Positions 19,886 through 29,927 of a DNA stretch of 64,000 bases are shown one piece after another. The stretch is from Arenimonas sp. GTDB lineage: Bacteria; Pseudomonadota; Gammaproteobacteria; Xanthomonadales; Xanthomonadaceae. The stretch lies in NCBI RefSeq assembly GCF_044353605.1, contig NZ_JBILBO010000008.1:3706-67705 (forward strand), written 5' to 3'. The notes beneath the pieces were generated by a model. It was given only the letters and a program-made list of their open reading frames with translations, was not told the DNA's origin and ran no database searches. The position numbers and the translations under genes were made by a program. Position 1 is the first letter of the stretch; each line of letters begins with the position of its first letter.

Positions 19886-21829
19886 ATGCTTCAGAATATT
19901 CGTGAAAACTCCACAGGCCCAATCGCCAAGCTAATCCTGGTCATGATCATTGCCGTCATGGCATTTTTCGGTTACGAGGGTCTGAATCCTCCCGGAGCCG
20001 GCAACTACGTGGCCAAAGTAACCAAACCCGGAAAACTGCTGGGCTATGGTGAAGATTCAATCGAGGTTTCGGTCGCCGATTATAGCCGCAGGGTTGATCA
20101 GGTCCGCCAGCAGCAGCGGCAGCAGCAGGGAGAGGCTTTCGATGCCGCAGCATTCGAGAAGCCCGAGAACAAGCGCCGCATCCTTGAACAGATGATCGAT
20201 GAGGCCGTGCTGCAGCTTGGCGCTCAGCAGGCCGGTATCCGGATTTCGGATACGATGATTCGCGAAGAGATTCTCAAGATCGATGCCTTTACTGTGGATG
20301 GCAAATTTGATCAGTCCCGTTATCAGCTGGCCATCCAGCAATTGGGCTACACGCCTGTCCAATTCGAGGAGCGTATTCGACAGGATTTGATGACCCGCTT
20401 CATCGCTGATGAATACGTCAGTTCGGGAATCGCCTCGGACAGCGATGCCATCGCTATGCGCAAGCTTTCCGAGCAGAAACGTGATCTGGGCTATATCGAG
20501 GTCCCGTTGCCGGCACTCGATCCGAATGCCACCGATGCCGAACTCACCGCCTGGTACAACAGCCATAAATCCGATTACCGGACCGAGGAAACCGTCACGG
20601 TAGAGTATGTGGAACTGGAGCAGAATGCCGTCCAGACCGACATCACCGTCGATGAATCGGTTCTGCGTTCACGTTACGAGGACCAGAAAGCCCAATACGG
20701 AACGCCTGAACAGCGTGTGGCGTCGCACATTCTGGTTGAAGTTCCGGCAGGCGCTTCTGCCGCCGCCGAGGCTACGGCCAAAGCCAAGGCGCAAGGCCTC
20801 GCCAAGCAGGCCCAGGCCAATCCAGGCATTTTTGCCGAACTGGCAAAGGCCTCCGATGATCTTGCCAGCAAAGATGCCGGCGGCGATCTCGGGCCGATTG
20901 AAAAGGGTATCTTCGGCGATGCCTTCGACAAGGCGTTCTTCGCCTTGAAGCCCGGCCAGGTGTCCGAGCCGGTCCGTCTCGAGGACGGCTGGCACATCTT
21001 GTTTTACCGTGAGCTGATTGCCGGTACCGCCAAGCCCTTTGAAGAGGTCCGCGCCGAAATCGAAGCCGCTTATCTCAGCTCGGAAATCGAGCGGCAGTTC
21101 AACGACCTCGCCGGAAAGATGATCAATGCCGTCGGCGAAAATGCCACTTCGCTCGAGCCTGCAGCCAAGACCGTTGGCAAGCCCCTGCTGCGAACCGCCG
21201 CTTTCACCCGCCGCGGTGGCGAGGGCATAGCCGCCCTTGATCCGATCCGCAAAGCAGCATTTTCGGATGATGTTCTGGTCGAGCGCCGCGTCAGTGAGCT
21301 CATTGAATTGGAACCCAATCATGTCGTTCTTCTGCGTGTGGTCGACCACAAGCCCGTATCCGTGCTGCCGTTCGCGCAGGTCAAGGATGTGGTGCGTCTC
21401 GCCTTCGTCCAGGACCGTGCCGCCAAGCAGGCCGAAAAAGAAGCCAAAGCGCTACTGGACCGTTTGAATAAGGGTGAAACCTTGGAGCAGGTTGCCGCAT
21501 CGTTAGCACGTCCGGTCATCCCCGCGACTGGTGTCGGCCGTCAGGCGCCCGTACCGGAGCTTCAGCCGGTGGTCCAGGAAGCTTTCCGCCTTGCGCGGCC
21601 GAAGAATGGCAAGCCCGGTGGTTCCGGTATCGCGAAACTGCCGGACGGCGCGTATCTGCTGATGCAATTGAAGTCCGTGAACGAGCCGGACCTGTCGGCG
21701 ATTTCGCCTCAGGAACGTAAAGAAATGACCGGCTATCTCGGCCAGGTCCGTGGTGCCCAGCAGGTCGCTGAATACATCAAGGCCTTGCGCCGCAGCTTCA
21801 ACGTGGTTATTGCCGAAGACCGTCTCTGA
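19886..21829 (+). CDS. ppiD: Periplasmic folding chaperone PpiD (SurA-N + parvulin)
   Basis: N-terminal TM helix, ASHIL, GGDLG, GWHI; synteny after hupB. Confidence 0.93.
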   Translation: MLQNIRENSTGPIAKLILVMIIAVMAFFGYEGLNPPGAGNYVAKVTKPGKLLGYGEDSIEVSVADYSRRVDQVRQQQRQQQGEAFDAAAFEKPENKRRILEQMIDEAVLQLGAQQAGIRISDTMIREEILKIDAFTVDGKFDQSRYQLAIQQLGYTPVQFEERIRQDLMTRFIADEYVSSGIASDSDAIAMRKLSEQKRDLGYIEVPLPALDPNATDAELTAWYNSHKSDYRTEETVTVEYVELEQNAVQTDITVDESVLRSRYEDQKAQYGTPEQRVASHILVEVPAGASAAAEATAKAKAQGLAKQAQANPGIFAELAKASDDLASKDAGGDLGPIEKGIFGDAFDKAFFALKPGQVSEPVRLEDGWHILFYRELIAGTAKPFEEVRAEIEAAYLSSEIERQFNDLAGKMINAVGENATSLEPAAKTVGKPLLRTAAFTRRGGEGIAALDPIRKAAFSDDVLVERRVSELIELEPNHVVLLRVVDHKPVSVLPFAQVKDVVRLAFVQDRAAKQAEKEAKALLDRLNKGETLEQVAASLARPVIPATGVGRQAPVPELQPVVQEAFRLARPKNGKPGGSGIAKLPDGAYLLMQLKSVNEPDLSAISPQERKEMTGYLGQVRGAQQVAEYIKALRRSFNVVIAEDRL

Positions 21830-21857
21830 TATCAGATACCAAAGAAGTGATTTCCTG

Positions 21858-21880
21858 ACGCCCGGCATGCCGGGCGTTTT
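21858..21880. terminator. Hairpin between convergent ppiD and mltD-like genes
   Basis: ACGCCCGGC-AT-GCCGGGCGT followed by TTT. Confidence 0.7.
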
Positions 21881-21887
21881 CACGCGT

Positions 21888-22652
21888 TCAATTGCCGTTA
21901 TCCGGGACTGGTGCAATCGGGTCAGTATCGGCTTCCAGTGGCGTGAATACGGCGTCATTCGGCAGATTGACCCCGAAACTGGCCGGATCGAACATGAAAC
22001 AGCTCAGCGCCCTAATTTTCTTCACGTAGGCGTAAGTGTGGGGAGCAAGACCGGTGGGTAGACGTTTATCGGCATCCGCCTTGGTCAATCCCTGGCGTCT
22101 CAGGCTGACGCGAAGCCGGCTGTCGCCGGCATTGTAGGCCATGATGCCGGTTTGCCAATCGTTGAACATGGTTTGCAGTTTCTGCAGATAGGACAGTGCC
22201 GCATCGGTTGACTGGATGACCGAGAACCGTCCGTCTTTCTTTCCACCAATCTGGAGACCGTAATAGCGGCCGGTTTCCGGCATAATCTGCCAAAGTCCAG
22301 TCGGTCCGCCTTTGGCAACGGCTTTGGGTTGGAAGCGGCTCTCCACGAAAGGAATCAGGGCATATTCCATCGGTAGGCCGCGTTTACGCGCCTGGTAGCT
22401 GACGTGATCGAGTATCGGCAACATCGCAACCAATTGCCGTTCAAAACGCGTTGGATCATGGATGTAATCTTTCATCCATGTGCTCTTGGCGGCGCTCTCG
22501 GTGCAGGATGCCGGATCCAGCGCACCGCTGATGCGGTTGAAGACAACCGCGCCGCTGCGTTCGAACGCTGCCGGTTTCAGTGCGTCCTGGGCGCTTGCCA
22601 ATTCGGCACAGCCCATCGCCGCGATCAGCACCCAGGACGGCCATGGCTTCAT
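21888..22652 (-). CDS. mltD: Lytic transglycosylase (MltD-like SLT domain, no LysM)
   Basis: IPFVES (catalytic Glu), GLWQIMP, AYNAG; next to gloB. Confidence 0.8.
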   Translation of the reverse strand: MKPWPSWVLIAAMGCAELASAQDALKPAAFERSGAVVFNRISGALDPASCTESAAKSTWMKDYIHDPTRFERQLVAMLPILDHVSYQARKRGLPMEYALIPFVESRFQPKAVAKGGPTGLWQIMPETGRYYGLQIGGKKDGRFSVIQSTDAALSYLQKLQTMFNDWQTGIMAYNAGDSRLRVSLRRQGLTKADADKRLPTGLAPHTYAYVKKIRALSCFMFDPASFGVNLPNDAVFTPLEADTDPIAPVPDNGN

Positions 22653-23413
22653 CGGAACTGGTCCTTCCATGCACGCAAGGCAGTAAAGCGGGCCAGGCGC
22701 GTTACCGGCATGAAACCCAGATGCTGCTTCAGGCCGCTGAGGCTTTCGGGGAAGTCTGTTCGCAGGAACGGATTGCAGGCTTTCTCGATGCCGATTCGGG
22801 AGGGCAGGCTTGGCCGCCCGTGCAGGCGTCTTGCCTGGATGTCCTCAAGCAATCGGTCACGATCGGGGTTATTCGGTTCGGCGGCTGCAGCGAATCGGGC
22901 GTTCGATAATGTGTACTCATGCGTGCAACAGAGCAGGGTCTCGTCCGGAAGTTCCGCCAGCCGGTCCAACGAGGCCAGCATCTGCTCGGGGCTTCCTTCG
23001 AAAAGCCGGCCGCAGCCGAGGCTGAACAGGGTGTCGCCGCAGAATAGGACGTCCGTATCGGTATAGGCGATGTGGCTACGGGTATGGCCGGGCACCGCCA
23101 AGACATGGAATGGCGGGAATCCCGGAATCTGCAGGACATCACCATTGCGGGCTATGCAGTCGATGCCGGGGATGCGCTCATCCTCCGGCCCGAAGACGGT
23201 GCCGGTGAAGGCGCCCCGCAGAGCGCTCAGACCGCAGATATGGTCGTTATGATGGTGGGTGATGAAGACCGCCTCGATCCGTAGTCCGTCGGCAACGGCG
23301 CCAAGCACAGGGCCGGCGTCCCCCGGATCGACCACGATGCTGGCCCCTTCGCTGCCTCGGTAGCACCAGATGTAGTTGTCTTCGAAAGCAGGCAACGCTT
23401 GCAGGACTGTCAT
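22649..23413 (-). CDS. gloB: Hydroxyacylglutathione hydrolase
   Basis: DNYIW, THHHNDH, GHTRSH, GDTLFSLGCGRLFEG. Confidence 0.96.
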   Translation of the reverse strand: MTVLQALPAFEDNYIWCYRGSEGASIVVDPGDAGPVLGAVADGLRIEAVFITHHHNDHICGLSALRGAFTGTVFGPEDERIPGIDCIARNGDVLQIPGFPPFHVLAVPGHTRSHIAYTDTDVLFCGDTLFSLGCGRLFEGSPEQMLASLDRLAELPDETLLCCTHEYTLSNARFAAAAEPNNPDRDRLLEDIQARRLHGRPSLPSRIGIEKACNPFLRTDFPESLSGLKQHLGFMPVTRLARFTALRAWKDQFR

Positions 23414-23473
23414 GGAAGGTGACCGTGGCCGTCATTTGACGCACAATAGACTTAGTTTAAACGGTGTCGGCGC

Positions 23474-24085
23474 ATGACGGGCGAAAACAACTGGTTCGAG
23501 ACCGACAAAGGCCAGGCGCTGGCCGCCCAAGGCGTTTCAGCTTGCGCCTCTTGGCTCTGGCCGCTGTGCGGCCACAATGCCCTGGTGCTGCAGCCCTGCG
23601 CACAGGGGTTGCCCTTGCCCGATCTGCAATGCGCTCCCGTTTATCAGCTTCAACGTGCACAGCAGCGTTTTTACGGGGATGTCATCGCCGAAGACGCCCG
23701 ATTGCCGCTGGCCAATGAATGCATGGCATTGGTGTTGGCGGCTTTCGTCATGGAAACCGCCGGCAATCCGGAGGCACTCATCGCCGAGTGTGAACGCGTG
23801 CTGGTCCCAGAGGGGCATTTCGCGCTGTTGACCCTGAATCCGTTTGCACCTGTGCGACTGACCGGCGTCTGGTCGGACATGCACCTCGCAACAGCCGCGA
23901 CATGGTCGGCAAAACTGAGTGAGGCCGGACTTGATCTCATCCGCCATGAACGGCTCGGCAATGCTCGACCGCCGGCACTGTGTTCGGTAAACTTTCTGCT
24001 GTTGCGGAAACGCAAAGCCGCACTGACCCCCTTGCGGAAAAATGCTGCGGCCGTCGCCTTGGCCCGGGAACGAACACCGACATGA
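23474..24085 (+). CDS. YafS-like SAM-dependent methyltransferase-fold protein
   Basis: LPLANECM..V...[10 protein letters not shown]; conserved position between gloB and rnhA. Confidence 0.75.
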   Translation: MTGENNWFETDKGQALAAQGVSACASWLWPLCGHNALVLQPCAQGLPLPDLQCAPVYQLQRAQQRFYGDVIAEDARLPLANECMALVLAAFVMETAGNPEALIAECERVLVPEGHFALLTLNPFAPVRLTGVWSDMHLATAATWSAKLSEAGLDLIRHERLGNARPPALCSVNFLLLRKRKAALTPLRKNAAAVALARERTPT

Positions 24086-24537
24086 AAGATGCCATTGCCA
24101 ACGTGCCGCATATCGAAATTCACACGGACGGTGCCTGTTCCGGCAATCCCGGTCCTGGCGGATGGGGTGCCTTGTTGCGTTACGGACAGACCGAGAAGGA
24201 GCTTTCCGGAGGAGAAACCCATACCACCAATAACCGCATGGAGCTTCTCGGTGCCATCTGCGCACTGGAATCGCTCAACCGTCATTGCCGTGTCGATCTG
24301 TATACGGATTCGCAATACGTGCAGAAGGGCATTACCGAGTGGTTGCCGGGCTGGATCAAGCGCGGCTGGAAGAATGCCAAGGGCGAGCCGGTCAAGAATC
24401 AGGATCTGTGGCAGCGTCTGCACGAGGCCAATTCGCGACACAAAGTGCATTGGCATTGGGTAAAGGGTCATGCCGGCCATGCTGAAAACGAGCGTGTGGA
24501 CGGCTTGGCGCGTCTTGCCGCTGAAACCTTCAAATAG
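24082..24537 (+). CDS. rnhA: Ribonuclease HI
   Basis: [29 protein letters not shown]. Confidence 0.98.
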   Translation: MKDAIANVPHIEIHTDGACSGNPGPGGWGALLRYGQTEKELSGGETHTTNNRMELLGAICALESLNRHCRVDLYTDSQYVQKGITEWLPGWIKRGWKNAKGEPVKNQDLWQRLHEANSRHKVHWHWVKGHAGHAENERVDGLARLAAETFK

Positions 24538-24545
24538 GAAAATTT

Positions 24546-25241
24546 ATGCGACAGATTGTTCTCGATACCGAAACCACCGGACTTTCCTGGGAGAAGGGCA
24601 ACCGGGTTGTCGAAATCGGTTGTATTGAGCTGATCAATCGGCGGCCCACAGGCAGAACGTATCAACAGTACCTCAATCCAGGCCGTGACATGGAGCCGGG
24701 TGCGGCCGAAGTCACGGGCCTGACTCTTGACTTTTTGGCCAACAAGCCGCGCTTCGAGGATGTCGTGCAAGATTTCCTGGAATTCATCGCCGGCTCCGAG
24801 CTGGTCATCCACAATGCCGAATTCGACGTCGGGTTTCTGAATTATGAGCTCGGCCTGCTAGGTCCTGCATTCGGTCGCATTGATCGCCATGCCGGCGTGC
24901 TCGACACACTCAAGATGGCGCGTGATTTGTATCCCGGACAGCGGAATTCCCTGGATGCCCTTTGCAAGCGGCTCGGAGTCGATAATAAGCACCGGCAATT
25001 GCATGGCGCGCTTTTGGATGCGGAACTGCTGACCGATGTCTATCTGGCCATGACCTCCGGTCAAACCGGCTTCGGGTTCGATGAGGCCTTGCCGGCGGCT
25101 GATATGGCGAGTACGGAAGTCGTCGTCGCGGTTACTGCGTCGGCTTTCATGCTCCATGCCACGCCGGCTGAGCTTGAGGCCCATCAGTCCCGCATTCAAA
25201 AAATCGCAGATAAGTCCGGAAAATCGCTTTGGGCGGACTAG
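24546..25241 (+). CDS. dnaQ: DNA polymerase III epsilon subunit
   Basis: LDTETTG, HNAEFD, HGALLDA. Confidence 0.98.
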   Translation: MRQIVLDTETTGLSWEKGNRVVEIGCIELINRRPTGRTYQQYLNPGRDMEPGAAEVTGLTLDFLANKPRFEDVVQDFLEFIAGSELVIHNAEFDVGFLNYELGLLGPAFGRIDRHAGVLDTLKMARDLYPGQRNSLDALCKRLGVDNKHRQLHGALLDAELLTDVYLAMTSGQTGFGFDEALPAADMASTEVVVAVTASAFMLHATPAELEAHQSRIQKIADKSGKSLWAD

Positions 25242-25900
25242 GAGAGGCGAAGCAACAACGCGGTCATGTTGTTGTTTGCTTCCCCGCGCAAGGCTTGCAT
25301 CAGCAGTAATTCCACCGACTCCTGGGCGCTGAGGCGGGAATCGCACAGGCCGGCCTCCAGTTCGGGTCCGGAGAATGCCTCTAGCATGCCGTCGGTGCAG
25401 AAAAGCACGGATTCCCCGCGTTTCAAGGCGATACGCGCCTCTGATATGCAGAGTTTATCGGTTGCAGTGACGCCGAGTGCCTGGATGGCATTTGCCGTTC
25501 CGGATTTCAAAAGCCCTCGGGTCTCGGCATCAGATACGATGTTGCGGTACTGCCTGCCATCTGAAAAAATCGCTCTGCAGGTGCCGACCCAGGCCAGTTG
25601 CAGGCTGCCTTCAGAAAGTAGCGCTGCTATGGCGCTGGCGCCGCTTGGCTGTGAGCCCTGTTGCGGACGTTGGATGCGTAGGGCCTGTCCGGCATTTCGC
25701 AAGGCTTCGGACGGACTGTCACCCTGTTGCAGACCTTTGCGCACCTGGTCGCGGACGAATGCACTGGCGATATCGCCCGCATCCGGACCACCCATGCCGT
25801 CGACAACCACGGCCAGACCCGATGCGGCATCCAGATCATAGGTGTCTTCATTCAGCAGACGTTTTCTGCCGGGGTGGCTGATGTGTCCGATTTCAAACAT
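25238..25900 (-). CDS. PP2C-family phosphatase homolog (possibly degenerate)
   Basis: RLLNED, VDGMGG and CTDG present; GDSR changed to GTCR and DN changed to NN. Confidence 0.8.
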   Translation of the reverse strand: MFEIGHISHPGRKRLLNEDTYDLDAASGLAVVVDGMGGPDAGDIASAFVRDQVRKGLQQGDSPSEALRNAGQALRIQRPQQGSQPSGASAIAALLSEGSLQLAWVGTCRAIFSDGRQYRNIVSDAETRGLLKSGTANAIQALGVTATDKLCISEARIALKRGESVLFCTDGMLEAFSGPELEAGLCDSRLSAQESVELLLMQALRGEANNNMTALLLRLS

Positions 25901-26014
25901 GGCGGGAATAGCGTCGGGGCATGCCGATATTATGAACGGTTTGGACCGTTTCGGGGATATACGGCTAGCCAAAAAGGCGTTGGGAACGCTATAATTCCCT
26001 TCTACCATTACGCC

Positions 26015-26104
<90 letters not shown>

Positions 26105-26160
26105 ACTTGTGTACTTATGCCCTTGAAATATAGGGCTTTTATTTTTATTTAATGTTTGTA

Positions 26161-26183
26161 ACTATCAAAACAGCTATCAATTA
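26161..26183 (+). repeat. Putative integrase arm-type sites (left end)
   Basis: ACTATCAAAACAGCTATCAATTA; CTATC at 12-bp spacing; matches 38696-38719. Confidence 0.65.
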
Positions 26184-26794
26184 ATCGACCCCAGCACCAA
26201 CCTCTCGACCTTGCGCATCATTCCTAACAGCGATGCTTTGACGAAATCATCGTGCTCGGCGTTTAGCCGATTGAAGGTGCGCCAATGCATTCCTTTAGGC
26301 TTGTTGCCCGCGCTATTCAGGATTCCATCCTCCCATCCAAGGCTCTCCCTGATCCTGTTAGCACGCCTCATTGCGCGATAGCCCGTGGATTCACGCTGAC
26401 TGATATAGGCCAGCTGTAAACAATGGCGACACGAGAAAAGGCCAGAGTCTCCGATATACAGCAGGGCCACCCGCCGCCCACATCCAATTGCCGGACAGAG
26501 CAGCCAGGCACGCTGGCCTCCAAGTGTGCATGCCGTCCAGTCCAGTCGTACCGGATATTCCATTGGTTGCAAGTTATTGTGCGAACTTTTATGTTTGTAA
26601 TTCAAAATGATCTTGTCGGTCTCTACCTGTAACCTTATCGAAGCCACAGTTTCACCGCCACATTTCCATATCCAGTCGAATGACCGGCCTGGATTCAAGA
26701 GACCATTACGGTTTAACTGCCGTAAATCGAGTGATAGGTAATCACTGGTAGTTTTTTTGCCGATCTGCCGGCTTCCACTTCCCCATCCGCCCAT
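26177..26794 (-). CDS. Hypothetical protein with Cys-rich Zn-finger-like motif
   Basis: MGGWGSG start; CPAIGCGRR...CRHC; PKGMHWRTF. Confidence 0.8.
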   Translation of the reverse strand: MGGWGSGSRQIGKKTTSDYLSLDLRQLNRNGLLNPGRSFDWIWKCGGETVASIRLQVETDKIILNYKHKSSHNNLQPMEYPVRLDWTACTLGGQRAWLLCPAIGCGRRVALLYIGDSGLFSCRHCLQLAYISQRESTGYRAMRRANRIRESLGWEDGILNSAGNKPKGMHWRTFNRLNAEHDDFVKASLLGMMRKVERLVLGSIN

Positions 26795-27025
26795 TTCATT
26801 TACCCCATGATTTGCCGAAATCATCAAGCAACTTTGCAGTTTAGATCCGCATAATCGGTGTTACCATCTAGCCAGACTGACCCCCCCCAATTCAGCTTTC
26901 GAGTATTTCTTTCGGAATTACGCCATATGATCGTGGCAAGTGCATTGAAAATGAGTATTGGTTAATTCCTGCAGGTTGATTGGCAGCCAGCAGTGTTGTC
27001 AGTAAGTCGCTGAATCCTGCTAGGC

Positions 27026-29620
27026 TCAAAATCCCTTTTCGGCTAATGTTGCGGCCGCCGTGACAGATTTTTCAACTGGCATGATGAAAGGCGGTGAAGG
27101 TGTTAAAGGAGGTGATTTCACTTTCACCACACGCCAAGCGATTCGCCCATCGGCCTGTGCTTGTTGGAACTCAAACCCATCCACAATCCGGTTCGCGTTC
27201 TTTTTCAGCATCCAGCCCAATTTCGAGCGATTTATATCACCGCGTTCTTCCACGGGGAATTCGCGCATGGCATCGAGCAGGCTGGTGATGTACTGCGCTG
27301 CTTCGACGGCCTTGCGTACTGTCGTCGCGACCGAACCGAATGCTAAGTACCATTCTGTCATCAAACTGCTGAGTGCATCACTGTCAGGATCATGGCGTAC
27401 CTGGTCCAGAAGTGCCGTGGCTGGATCAGGATGCCCCAGCCACATCAACGGATAGCGGCAATAGTCTGACCACGCACCACTAAAGGTTACTATGCTGTCT
27501 GCCATTACACGCGGCATCCCCGCCATGCGCCATGCCTGGATGATAGTCAGAACCGCTGCCACATACTTTCCTCGGTTCTGGCGCACCTTGTCGACCGGGA
27601 AACCCCTGTAGGTAATAGTCGCAGGTGTCGCGCAGCGCGGATCAATATGGACTGTTAGTACACGTCGCAGCAGATCTCTTATTGGTCCCACATTGTTGCC
27701 AGACCCCAAAAATAAGGTGCGCGTGCTTACTGTCGCCGTCTTGCTCACACCCAGAATCCGGTCGGTAATTTGCTCCGCTGTTAACATTCGTTTGATAGTG
27801 CCGTGAGGTATCCAATCTGTATCCATATCATCGAACTCTATTACAGCAGGGCTAGTCAGCAGCAATGACAGAATCACCTTAGTGGCTTCCTCTGAGGTTG
27901 TTGGGTAGCTCACCTTGGCATTGCCGGCAGGCCCGGCGAAGGCGCCAATCAGTTCGCAAAGATAAGTCTTGCCGCTACCGAACACAGGTGCTCGGATGTG
28001 AAATCCTGGCGCATAAGGTAGCGATGGGCGCACCACGGCAGTGAAGATAGCTGACAACGCCGCAGCTTTATCGGTGGGTGCTACGAAGTGAAACTCTGTA
28101 AGTAGGTCTTCCAGCAAAGCTAGTGCCTTTCGTGCGGCATTGAGTGTTGGGTCAGGAATGTTAAACTCCCGAGCGTCAAATACGCCGAAACGCTGTGTCG
28201 TTCTGTCGTAACCGGCCTGCGTAATAAGCTCGCCATCAGATTCGCGAAAATAGGGTTGTCGTACCACACCTTCTAGCGGGGGCAGATAACGAAAACATTG
28301 GGCATCATAAAGAATACCGGTGTGCCGGGTTGGTGGATCACAGCGTACCCACTCCTGCGCGCGCCCATCGAACTTCTCCCATGTCGCCGCAACCGACAGT
28401 TCCCGTGTCAAGGCCGGCGCACTGGTCGGTACGATAGATGGGTCGCCGCTGGAAGGGTCGGTCGAGATGGAGACAATCAAGTTGCCTGACTGATAATGCC
28501 GACCACGGTTGGCCAGTTCTTTCTCCGCCGCATCCACCACCTGATGCAAATCTCCGGGTACTACGCGGATTACAGGCTTGTGTCTTGCTTCAGCGTTGCG
28601 AACGCCCAAAAATTCGAGCAGGGCTGGGATGCGGTACTTATCGCGGTGCGAGTGCTGGCAACAAAATCCGCCCACCGAATAGAATTCGTCTGGCTCAAAA
28701 TAAGCAGTACCAGTATCCAGTTGATCTGTGTGCTCCTGCACCCACGGGCAGGTCATATCGTGCTTACCGGAACCCAACGGAGTCTTGTACAAGCCGCGTG
28801 CTTTGATTGCCGCTATAACCGGGTTCTCGGCGGCCTTGGGTGTCAGAACCTCATCTATGTCGGTGCCGAGACTGCGCGAACCATTGACTCCACCTGTGGG
28901 CGTTGCTGTTTTCTTCGGACGGCCCTCCTGGGCGGATTCCAGTTGCAAGAGATCCACAATCTCATCCGGTGTATATCGAGTGTCAGGCCGCCATTCGACC
29001 AGTCGACACTGAAACGGTACTCCATTTTTGGTCTTGTGCTTTGGCTTGCCATTAATAGCCACGGGCAGGCGCGCCCAGCGGCTCAACGGACCGGTTGCAC
29101 CTGCATCACATAGCCCTGACTCAATCAACGTGTTGAGCAATCGCACGGCCACTGAGGAATCGGCGATAGGTTCGGCAAGAATGATGCCACCCTGATGATT
29201 GCCGGCGCTGGTCTCGATCAGCCAGGACAACTCAAAGCCTTCCAGGCGATCCAGAGGTACTTTGGTGCCCAGATCATCGAGCATTAAGAAATGACATGCT
29301 GCAAATTGCCCTTTGCGTGCCTTGAACGAGCCATCATTACATGGGTAGAAGCTAGCACATCCGATGTAATTGTTATTTGAGGCGCAAAGGTCGGCGCTCA
29401 ATTGATCGGCGCGCTTGGCCAGCCAGCCACCCAAGCCTGGGTCGCCGCTCTTCGAACACACAGCTACGTATGCGCCCTGAGGTAATTGCGGAAACACCGC
29501 CGCCACAAAATCGGCATTGGATATCTGGATTTCACCGCCTTCACCGCCTTTACCGCAATCATCAGGGCCGGTTGAAAAAACTGTCAGGTTGTCAGGGGCG
29601 GTCATGATGCGAGCACTCAC
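27026..29620 (-). CDS. RepB/AEP-like primase fused to P-loop helicase
   Basis: LMLDDLG and IETSAGNHQ (primase-like), CPW..EH/CCQHSH, GSGKT (Walker A), IEFDD (Walker B); GTG start overlaps the alpA stop. Confidence 0.8.
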   Translation of the reverse strand: MSARIMTAPDNLTVFSTGPDDCGKGGEGGEIQISNADFVAAVFPQLPQGAYVAVCSKSGDPGLGGWLAKRADQLSADLCASNNNYIGCASFYPCNDGSFKARKGQFAACHFLMLDDLGTKVPLDRLEGFELSWLIETSAGNHQGGIILAEPIADSSVAVRLLNTLIESGLCDAGATGPLSRWARLPVAINGKPKHKTKNGVPFQCRLVEWRPDTRYTPDEIVDLLQLESAQEGRPKKTATPTGGVNGSRSLGTDIDEVLTPKAAENPVIAAIKARGLYKTPLGSGKHDMTCPWVQEHTDQLDTGTAYFEPDEFYSVGGFCCQHSHRDKYRIPALLEFLGVRNAEARHKPVIRVVPGDLHQVVDAAEKELANRGRHYQSGNLIVSISTDPSSGDPSIVPTSAPALTRELSVAATWEKFDGRAQEWVRCDPPTRHTGILYDAQCFRYLPPLEGVVRQPYFRESDGELITQAGYDRTTQRFGVFDAREFNIPDPTLNAARKALALLEDLLTEFHFVAPTDKAAALSAIFTAVVRPSLPYAPGFHIRAPVFGSGKTYLCELIGAFAGPAGNAKVSYPTTSEEATKVILSLLLTSPAVIEFDDMDTDWIPHGTIKRMLTAEQITDRILGVSKTATVSTRTLFLGSGNNVGPIRDLLRRVLTVHIDPRCATPATITYRGFPVDKVRQNRGKYVAAVLTIIQAWRMAGMPRVMADSIVTFSGAWSDYCRYPLMWLGHPDPATALLDQVRHDPDSDALSSLMTEWYLAFGSVATTVRKAVEAAQYITSLLDAMREFPVEERGDINRSKLGWMLKKNANRIVDGFEFQQAQADGRIAWRVVKVKSPPLTPSPPFIMPVEKSVTAAATLAEKGF

Positions 29621-29817
29621 TTGCTTACCGACTTCCGGCTCGCCTCTATGCGGCTATTCACCCAGTCATTAATCTCTGCCTCGATCCAGCCAACAGATCT
29701 GCCTTCAAGTGAAATATTTGCGGGGAATCGACCTTCAGAGATTCGAAGATAAATTGAGCTTCGGGATAGGCCCGTGCGGGCTTTGACGGCTGGAAGTCTG
29801 AGTAAGTTGGTGACCAT
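29617..29817 (-). CDS. alpA: AlpA-family regulator / excisionase
   Basis: LLRLPAVKARTGLSRSSIY...GRFP...VGWIEAEINDW; AGGAG RBS. Confidence 0.93.
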   Translation of the reverse strand: MVTNLLRLPAVKARTGLSRSSIYLRISEGRFPANISLEGRSVGWIEAEINDWVNSRIEASRKSVSK

Positions 29818-29872
29818 CTGAGTGTCTCCTGATTACGTGGTGGACGTAATTAAGTTGACCCATATGAAAAAC

Positions 29873-29908
29873 TGTCACAACTTCTGTCAGATGACAAACG
29901 GCGTGACA
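29873..29908. promoter_or_regulatory. Symmetric four-box operator-like array upstream of alpA
   Basis: TGTCA-N7-TGTCA-N2-TGACA-N7-TGACA. Confidence 0.55.
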
Positions 29909-29927
29909 AAATTAAGACATTGAAATG

